Source: the human T2T-CHM13v2.0 reference genome, Homo sapiens
Strand: one strand, 5' to 3'
NCBI RefSeq assembly: GCF_009914755.1
Contig: NC_060931.1
DNA: 64,000 nt
Shown: positions 53,597 through 64,000 of the stretch, one piece after another
How the letters are laid out: each line of letters opens with the position of its first letter
Position numbering within the stretch: position 1 is the stretch's first letter
Position numbers and translations under genes: made by a program
Notes under the pieces: generated by a model
The model's input: only the letters and a program-made list of their open reading frames with translations
Database searches by the model: none
What the model was told of the DNA's origin: nothing

Positions 53597-56399
53597 GGCC
53601 ATTCAATTAGCCAGAACAGAAACTGTTCAGTAGTAGCATAATTAATATACATTGGTATGTTTGGAATATTTGTGATTCAAGGTACAGAACTTGGGAACTA
53701 ACAAAATGTCCAAAACCCTAGATTTCAGAAGACTTAGGTTTAATCCTTTTAACCACTCTCTATTATGATTTAATGTGTTACTCTATATTAATTCCTCTAT
53801 TAAGTAAATATCTATGCATATATGTTATCTCAGGCTCAATATTCTCTTCTAACAACCTGTTTTATCTTGAGTAAATAGCAACTAGAAAAAGTAACATGTT
53901 TGAGTTTCAAACTTAAACAATTTTTTTTTCTGATGATTTAGAATAAAGTGACCACAAGTGAGTAGTTGAAGGGACAAAATGACTAATAGCTTGGAAAATC
54001 TATAAAGTAAATAGAGAGTTTTCTGTCTTTTTTTTGATGAATCTGATATGTTATTAACCATTTAAGATTTCTTAAATGACTTTAAAAACAGCTATCTCCT
54101 CTTCTACCAGGTGTCTTCCTTGATTTACATATGACTAACTCAGAAAATACATAGAGATATTTTATGTTCACTATATAACTGATGCAGAGTTGTGAATAAG
54201 CCAGGAATATACACTCTCTTTTCTGGAAGAAAATGTATGAATTTCCTCTTTTGATCAATTCTAATGCTTTATTTTTGAGTCACTGTGTTTATTTAAAATT
54301 ACTTATACATTGAATTAGTATGTAACTCAATGATTTTTCTCAACCTTTGAGAATATTGTGATTTTGAAGATATCTAATTGAAGGCAACATTGTAATTTGA
54401 ATTCTGCAATCCAGACTTTTCTAAGAAATATATAGTCACAGGAAAGAATCTACAGGTTTAGCTGTAAAAATTGTAAATTTTTTCCTTAAATTTTTTTGGT
54501 TGGCATTTAACTCTGTATATCTGATGTTTATTTGTATGAACATATAACTAACTTCTTTATATTTAAATGACCATATAAATATGCTGCAACTATAGATAGA
54601 TATTGTTTCAAGTTTTAGTTATTAAAATCATACCAAAATGAATACTGGAAAATATATCCTTGCTCACTTAGACAAACTATCCATAAAAAAATTCTTAAAA
54701 GCAAAACACTGGATTAAAGGGTAAATTAAGATCTTTTCAAAGAAATTGCACAGATTACCTTCTCCCTTATAGTTTCTGGGATTGCCTCCTTCCTATATCT
54801 TTGCCCACACTGTTACCAAATTCAGTTTTTGCCATTCTAGTGGTTGTGAGATGTGATGACAATTTTGTTCTTCTATTCTATGTTCCTCACCCATTCCTTA
54901 TCTCTGTCCTCTACTTTGAAAACTTATGCTGAATTTTGGATCTTCTGGATAAAACCTCCAAATCTTTTAACATTTATCTCATATTTTTTTATTTGACTTT
55001 TGCTCCAACTCTAAAGCATTTCTTTAAGTTTCTTACTCAAATCACTTTTTTTAGAAATTTTTTTCATTAGGTTGGTTATTCAGTAGTTTGTTGATTTTTC
55101 TTTTTTCATTTTGCAATCATATTTTAAATTCTCAGAGACTAATTTTGTCCCCTGATTAACACTTTTATTATAGCAGCTTGTGGAACACTTTCTCAAATCT
55201 AAGGATACGAATTCCCAGTAATACCTCTATTTGTTGTTAGTGATCCTTCCCTTTCAAGCTAAATGTCTGCTGATGCATAGTTGTAGATTCATATTTGTAG
55301 ATGAAGAACCAGGTTGATTAGTATAATTAGCTGGCATTCATTCCCCCAAAGATGAGCAGTCAGTTCTCTAAAACACCTGTTCCTTTGAATGGAAGTTGGG
55401 AGCAGGGAAGGGAGGAGGAGGCATGCTGGCTGTAATGTCTGTGTTATTGTACAAACTGGGCCAGTCAGTAGGCTTTGCTTGGGATTTATGAGAGTTGGGC
55501 GGGTTAGCAGGTGGGGATCCATCCCAAAGCCAACATTTGGTAAGGTTTCCCATGTAGGTGGAGGTGCTTTTGCTTCTTGGACAGATAGATGCTCCCTCTT
55601 CTCCCCTCCCAATTCTTCATGGAGGTAGTAAGGATCTAAGTGAAACTGTCCACTTTCTTTCCCCACTCTAATCACCTCCTCTAATAAGGAGGTCTCCCTT
55701 CTCAGCTCATTTTGATTTTTTTACTTATTAGTTTTAGTTTTTACAAGAGTGCTTATGAAAGTGGACCTTCTCCTGAATATTAACCTATAAGGAGGGGATG
55801 GGATCAAAGGATCTTGCTGGTCCCATGCCCTGATGGCTGCCCCATTGCCCACTAATGTTCTTTTTTTTTCCTCTGGAAAAAAAAAAAAACCACAACAATT
55901 TAAACTATTTTACTGAGGTATAATTCACATGCCATAAAAATCTTTCGCTGACTCTAGGTTTAGCATTTCTCCTAGACTCTTGAGAAGTCCATACCCATCC
56001 TTGGGGTTTTGAACAGTACCATTTCTTCTTATTTTCCCCCCTCATTTACAATCTATCTTCCAAGCTTTTCTTAAACTTTCTGGCCCATAGCTGCCTTCTT
56101 TTTTATTTCCTATGTGCATCCTAGTTTCATTCCCTAAAAAAGTTCATGTTGTGTTATGTTATTTTAATGGAAACTTTGGAGGAAAGGAAGGTATAGCCAT
56201 GGGCTTTTATCTATTTCCTTCCCAGTTTCATGTTTTTACAACATAAGGTAACTTATTATTGCATCTTTGACATGTATATTTTACAACTAGGGGACATAGA
56301 CCACATATCCACTGAAAATATAATTGGTTGATGAAGAAGACTACAAGAATTTGCCTGCTCCCCTATTTTGGACAGAAAATGAGAAGTCTCTGAAGAGAT

Positions 56400-56452
56400 G
56401 ATACTTACAGAATAATTTGTTAAAAGATACTTACGGAATAATTTGTTAAAAG
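56400..56452. repeat. 26-bp tandem duplication
   Basis: GATACTTAC(A/G)GAATAATTTGTTAAAA twice. Confidence 0.93.
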
Positions 56453-56566
56453 TAACACGTGTTGTTATCACACAAGAACCCTATACAGAAAGCACCAATA
56501 ATTATATGATATTTTGACTCTAGAAAGCACACAAAAAAACTTACTTGATTGATTTAGATATGACTT

Positions 56567-56727
56567 AGATATATATATAAATAATATATATATAATATAT
56601 AAATAATATATATAATATATATTAATATATTTATATATAATATATATATAAATAATAGATATATATATAAAAGCTGGTGTGTGTGTGTGTGTGTATGCTG
56701 GTGTATGTGTGTGTATACATATATATG
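56567..56727. repeat. Compound TA-rich and (GT)n simple repeat
   Basis: Direct reading of the sequence. Confidence 0.9.
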
Positions 56728-57529
56728 CAGTTGTATTTCAATACAAACATGGTTTTAGGTTCTATTACAATATATATTTATGGTCTCGCTATTCCATGGC
56801 TTTCTATACTTCTCATGTAATACATTCTGTGGCAGTCTCACATTAAACCATCTACCAGAAGGATTGACATTAGTTATGGGATAGAGTAGTTGCAGCTCTT
56901 TAGACATATAACTACTGTGCCATTTTGATGTAATTCTGTATAAATTTCAAACATTTCTATTTAACATAATCAAGTGGTATGAAATCTTCTTTTTAAATGG
57001 CAAGTATACAGTACTAGCTCAATTGGCACTTAGCAACGGTCCTTTTACAATATGCACAATAGCTTCCAGCAGGGAGTTTTTTAAGGACCATCCTTTGAGA
57101 GCACAAACTCACACATGTACAATCAGTAGACATCAAGGTTCTATCTCCAGCGCCCCTTGAGATGTTATTTAGCTAATGTACAAATGTTACAGCTAAGCTG
57201 TTAAGCCTGAAAAATAGAACACACAGCTGTATGCAGGTACACTCATTTTTCATTCTCTTGGCTAATATCTTCATATTCTAATTCTACATAAAATAATATC
57301 TGGAATTATTTGGGATAATTTTTAGAGCATAAGCATTTTTATCTTTTCAATATGCTAGGAGCATTTGTGAGTATAATTTTTCATAGTAGCAGAGCACTGT
57401 GAAGTGGATATGAACTGAAAGAAGTTGCTTGATTATATAATACTCAGTTTTTCTGTCAGATTATAATTATGCCATAGGCTGCTGACACTTTTCATTGTAA
57501 CAAAGGACATACAATTCAGTATTATTTGA

Positions 57530-57652
57530 CTCTACAGCACACCCCTGGGAGATGGGGACCGGGTCTTATTCACTGCAGCATCTCAGTGCACTTGGTGCCT
57601 GCCACATAGCTGATACTCAATAATTATTGGAATGCATAAATTAATAAATGAA
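57530..57652 (+). mobile_element. L2 3' end
   Basis: GGGGACCGGGTCTTATTCACTGC...GTGCCTGCCACATAG...CTCAATAATTATTGGAATG. Confidence 0.75.
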
Positions 57653-58658
57653 CGTGGAAAATAAATTTAAAATAAACCAGGTATTATTTTATATATTATA
57701 TACAAAAGCTAAATTGATTGACACTATGCTTTTTATATTAAGAAAAAAAGACATTATACATTTTTCAGAGCACACACTACCGTATTTCTATCATATTTCT
57801 ATTTTCTCCACTTACATAATAAATCAGTATTAGATATATCTAGAACATTAAGGTTACAGTAGGCCCAACTGAAAATTTCTAACAGGATTTCATTATCACA
57901 TTTTTTTATCCTGTTCGAAGTTTATTCTGATGCAGCTTTCAAAACATGAACAGAATAATTAGCAGAGTGCTGTGCTGAAAATGTACCCAAAAGGATCACT
58001 GTTTTCAATCTCATTTCAATCCAGACTCCTCTTCACTGTGCCCCATCTCTTAGCCTATGCTGACAACTACTTGCCATTTCCATCTCCATGAGTTTACTTC
58101 ATGGTACCACTGAGGTTATACGAAAGAAAGAAGGGAACACAGGGTGTCCTTGACGGTCCAAACCCACCTTTCCCCACTGTAGTTTGCACCTGTTAATTGA
58201 CAAGCCTTGCATTGTGTAAGCTGATGTATGAGGTTGCTGTTTTCTCTTTATCACAGTTGTGTGTTTTTGAGTAATCGTGGAATCCTGAAGTGAGAAGATG
58301 AAGTTATTAAGTTGGAACAGCAACATCATACTTCTTTCTTTTGTTATGTTTTTCAAATTCCATTATCAAATTTTGTTATAAAAATCTCTTGATTTGAATG
58401 TCTCTAGACAAATGTTAGTGTCTCTTTTTCTCCTTTGACTTCTTCATCCTGTCCTGACCATAGTCTATAATGTCATGGTGACATTAATTTGTGGCAGGTG
58501 GGAATTTAGAAAATGGTTAATCAACCTCCTCCCATTTGACTGACTCAAAACTGAAGTTAAAGTTTGTGTCTAGTTTAGATTACAATAATGGTAGCAGATC
58601 TTTTGGCTTCAGGCCACTGTTTACACTTTCTTCCAAAATTGCTACAGAAAATATAGTA

Positions 58659-59304
<646 letters not shown>

Positions 59305-61495
59305 TATTCATTTAATTCAACTCGGAGATTCATTAAACTTAACAGTTCATAAATGAGTGGACTCTTGTTATGAAGTCAAACCAAGCTTTGTTACAGAAAT
59401 AAAAAAGAAAATTTGAGAGGCCTTGTATTGGTTGTAATCCACTTGTTAAAACATATTGTACTTATGTTTAATCCCAGATACATCAGATAATTTTTCCTTG
59501 TTCTTGCTACATTTATTCAAAGGTGAGAACATTTAGGCAAGACAAAAAAAGGGTACTCAGAAAATGTGGCTATTTTAATTGCCTCTGCCTTTGCAAAGCC
59601 ATCTTTCCTTTTCTACATTGGTATTACCGTTAATTTGAATCATCTTATAAATAAAGAGGAATAATAGAAGATCACCGTTAGCACAATTGTCCACGAAATG
59701 ACACAAGTACAAACCATATAGTTAACCATGAGAAGGCACTTAGGATTCTGTGTCTCCTTATACAGCCTCCTTTTCAGCCTCTCTGCTAACAGCCTTCGAG
59801 TGCACTTACTGGTCGGGACAATACAAGATGGGCATTATGTCCCTCTGTCTGCTGAGTTATTTAACAGTGATCCGAAAACTCTCAAGTAAGATTAATACTG
59901 TGTAAGTTTAATGGAAACTGGCAATCTGCCACCAAAGGCTTTTGCAAAATCCAAATTAAGGCAATTCAAAAGACTAAACTGCAATGGGATAAAGTCAGGA
60001 AACTTAGGCTATCATTTGAACTCTGCTTTCTTTTCTACAATTTGCAGGTGATAGCTGGCTTTAAAATTTTACTACAAAACATGAAACTTAGCAAGACCAT
60101 GGAAATATTACTCGTATGTTTATAAAAGAGGATAGAAGGGATTTTTGTCTGGAAACTATTGCTCTCCATATTTGTAATTTTCATTTGCATGCAACAATAT
60201 TTTGTATTCACAACATATTGTTCACAGAATTAAGAAATCCCTTAAAATTATTTATAGAAATAAAAAGTTCCTCCTTTAGATTAAAACCTTTAAAATGTTA
60301 TTTTCAAATATATGTTTCTGAGCAATGAGGAATGTTAACTAAGCACACTTACTCCTTTCACTCTAAAATTTAGTTTTTAGAATAACTAGAGCTGGTTAGA
60401 ACTAATTGTTTAAACTGGTCAAAGCTAAATTATTGGCTACCTCACAATTTGAAAAGCCGTAACCAATTTAAACCATTAAAATCATCTGTGGAGACATATA
60501 GTAAGCCAAGTTTTAGGTGGAAATGATCCAAAGTCCCTGAGATATTAAATTTACAAGCCCACTCTCTCACCTTTACAATTCTAAATTACAACATTATGAC
60601 CCTGATGCAATATATATTTTAAGAAAGTTTTGTGGTACAGTACCATATATAATTATTTCATTCCTAGGCAAAAAAACCCATCATTCAAAGGGGATAAAGC
60701 TTTAAAAAAGTTATAAAGTCTATTTCTTAAGAAAAATATGTCATTTACATCACTAAGTTCTACTATACAGTTGTGTCCTATCAAATTTTGGGATCCCTGC
60801 CTAATATAATATTAATTTTTCAAAATTGTTTCTCTCTTTGAGATACAAGCCTGAGAGCAAGTCATTTTTTAATGGCAAATAAATAAATAATTCCAAAATG
60901 AAAAATCATCAAACTGAAAATGATCTTCTACAATGATTTTCAGTCTTATCAAGTATTTGATAATCTAAACTTAAATATCATTGTTCTAAGGTTTCGGCCC
61001 TAGCAGCTTATACAATTGTTTTCACTGCCAATTTAAACTTACTTTTTAAATGAGTAATTTAAGCCAGAAAAGTTAAATATTATTTGGCTTTGCTTTTGAG
61101 TTGGAAATAGAGTTTGAGTTGGCTCAGTGATAAGTTAAAACAAAAAATCTGCTTCTACTGAATCACATGTAGATCTACTTAAGCTCTTCTTGCATCTTCC
61201 CATAAACCACCGAAAAGCAAATAAGCAAAAGTAGTATGTGCACAAAATAAATGCATTTCCTAAGTAAGGTTTTTTTTGACAAAACTCCCCCATGTCTTTT
61301 GTTTATAATTACCTCCTAGAAGAAACACTTTTCTTTGTGTGTGAACTTGGAATTTCATAAAATATTGAAAGAACATTCTATACCATAGCATGCTATGATT
61401 TATTTAATTCATCATTATGCCTGTGCCCTTACAGGAAGATCATTTCTTCTGTTTACACTGTATTATGATTTGTTGGTTCCATTTGAATCTATGAC

Positions 61496-61496
<1 letters not shown>

Positions 61497-61534
<38 letters not shown>
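61497..61534. repeat. (AC)19 microsatellite
   Basis: Direct reading of the sequence. Confidence 0.95.
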
Positions 61535-61536
<2 letters not shown>

Positions 61537-62499
61537 TAGAGAGAGAACATTCACTACTGTTAAAGTTTTTAGAATTGAATTTTGAGTAAAACAAATATAC
61601 TGTAATATCTACTTTTTAAATATGATTGAAGAAGGCAAATGACTGAAATAATATGTATTCATAGTGATTTTTTGTATTATCTTTTCCGATGAAATGAAAC
61701 AATCTGCCTGTATACTTAAGGTGGACTCTCTTGTGGCACCATAAAAAGTCTTCACTCTCTATCTTTTCCAGGTACCAGAGCAATTATCAAATTTTTCTGA
61801 CCTCAAAAACATGTTCCATTTCAGGAAGGCAATTACTTAGGAATGAACCAGTAAGGGAATCCTTTTTGAGAAAAAAAAATGGTCCCAGTTAAGAAGTTCC
61901 TAATAATTTCAAAGTAGAAATAGTTCAACTCAGCAAAGTTGACTATAAAGTCCTATACTGTAAGTAAATACAATTTTCTTAGACCAAAATAACCCAAAAC
62001 CTATATTATTTGTAAGAGAATCCCAAATTAGTGAAAAGCAGCTCAAAGTTAAATTTCCAAGGTCATGTGTCTCACTTTTATTAGTGGTTAGGCTGGCTCT
62101 CAGAAGATATATTTTCCCTGTTCTTCTTTTGGCCTAAGTATGAACAAAAGCTCTTTGGCTTGGTACAATTTACCATAGGCAATGTTGGAACTTAGACAAT
62201 ACTTTGAAGATTTAAAAACTTTATTAAATAATTTGGGATATCAAAAGAAAAACATACACAAAATTACCAGAAATACACAAATGCTTGAGTGAAAAATGTA
62301 ATATAACTGAATATATATGTTTTATTATCACAGGCCTTTATCTCAAAGAGTTCACAGTCTAGCTAAGTAATGTGCATATTAAGAAGTAAGCATGAGAGAA
62401 TGTGATACTTGCAATATTAATTGTGCAAGAAACACTTGAATTATTAGAGAAGGCTTCAAGAGAGGCTAAAGGATAGTGGTTACTCTCAATGATGTATTA

Positions 62500-62703
62500 G
62501 GTCTAGCACACTCCAATTATCAAGAGCTAATTGTGTACCTCTCGTCTCAAGTCTCAGTGTTTAGGAAGGCCATATTGGTTGCTTGAAATTGGCTTTGGTG
62601 GGAGTATTTATACCACCAAAATTGGCAAATACTACAAATCAGGGTTTTTTTGTTTGTTTGTTTTTGGACAACCACTAAACATCTACCTACCTGCATACTA
62701 CTG
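62500..62703 (+). mobile_element. MER63-type hAT relic within L2 fragments
   Basis: GCTTGAAATTGGCTTTGGTGGGAGTATTTATACCACCAAAATTGGCAAATACTACAAATCAGGG. Confidence 0.75.
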
Positions 62704-62929
62704 GTTACTCACCAGTGGAACAAAGAAAGGGGATCCAGGCAGAGACAGCATGTGAAAGGTGGTCATTCATGATATAGTACAGTTTCAGTGAACTTCAAAT
62801 CGACCTCCTGCTAGAACATAGTGTATGAGAAGAGAGAGACAATATGTACATCAGAACAAATATGCAGGAATTTGACAATGGTGGAGACTAGTGAAGAATG
62901 TCAGAGAACTTGGGTCTTATCCAACAGAT

Positions 62930-63107
62930 CAATGTTTCATGTAGTGTGGTCCTTCAATCACTCACATTAGAACCACCTGAAAATTTAAGATTTTTGAGTC
63001 CTTTTTGAAACCTACTGAATAAGAATCTCCTGGAAGTAGACTCATTAATATGTATTTTAAAGACATGTCCCAGATATCTTAATACTAACTCAAGTTTGAG
63101 AAATGCA
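62930..63107. mobile_element. MER5-type hAT-Charlie element
   Basis: AGTGTGGTCC...ACCTACTGAATAAGAATCTC...CAAGTTTGAGAA. Confidence 0.75.
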
Positions 63108-63233
63108 TCAAATGTTTTTAGGTAGGTGAAAATATCAGCTTTTAAATCTTATCACAGTAAGCTTGCCCCTAACCCATTCCCGAGAGGAAACTCAGGATGA
63201 AAGAGATGCTGCCTTTGGGAAAACCCTTTGCAT

Positions 63234-63477
63234 CAGGGTTTGTTCACCTCAGCACTACTGGCTGAAGACTAGTGGTTGAAGACACTATTGACATTTGGAG
63301 CTAGATAGTTCTTTGTTGCGAGGATGTGTTCTGTACATTGCAGAACGTCCACCAGGACCCCCGGTCTCTGTGCACTAGATACTAGTAGCAACTTCCCCAA
63401 TTATTACAATAAAAAATGTCACCAGATATTGTCAAATGTCCCCTGGAAGGCAAAGGTGCCTTTGTTTGTACCATTGC
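63234..63477. mobile_element. MER20 hAT-Charlie element
   Basis: CACTATTGACATTTGGAGCTAGATAGTTCTTTGTTG...AAAATGTCACCAGATATTGTCAAATGTCCCCTGG. Confidence 0.85.
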
Positions 63478-64000
63478 TCTCTATCTTTGGCTATTCCTTC
63501 AGTCAGCCTTACTGAAGGGACTGATAATGGGGATGACCTCACTCCACAGTTGAAACTCAATTTCCAACCTCCAAGGTTGACTGTACCATAGTAGAACTTG
63601 CAGGAAAACCATATGTTAATATTCTACAGTGATCATATAATTTACATAGCAGGTATTCCAGTATATTTACTTAGTAATGGGGTTGCATTTTCTTGAAAAT
63701 AATATTAAATGAGACAATATGTGCTGTGACTATTACTTAAAGTCCTCCCACCTTTCTCAACTCCCTCCCCACACCCTAAACCACCACCCCACACTCCGTG
63801 CTGTATTTAAAGTTCTTTCCATTAAAATTACTTTTCTAAGGTTACGACCTCTCTGTGGAAATACTCTATTAAAATGCAAAAGCTGGACACCATTCACAAA
63901 TATTATATTTTTAGCTGTAAATATATAAATATTTAAGTAAATATTTACTAATAGGAATATTCTCATCTAGACAGGCAGCTCCTTGATGAAAGGAATGATT

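Overview
AT-rich, CpG-depleted primate (most likely human) genomic DNA that is intergenic or deep intronic. No intact protein-coding gene is visible. Nearly all ORFs in the supplied track are chance ORFs or are read out of Alu, L1 and LTR repeats. The one recognisable gene-derived sequence is a processed pseudogene of POLR2D (RNA polymerase II subunit RPB4) at about 10282-12141, split by an old AluJ. The rest is a mosaic of interspersed repeats: 8 Alu dimers and one monomer, L1 and L2 pieces, MIRs, MaLR/ERVL/ERV1 LTRs, a fused and truncated MST-HERV-L structure with decayed pol and dUTPase, and DNA-transposon relics including a piggyBac MER85. There are also microsatellites, local duplications, an inversion scar and two strong hairpins. 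Repeat subfamily names come from recalled consensus sequences, and boundaries of old elements are approximate. I found no credible evidence of a novel biological system.
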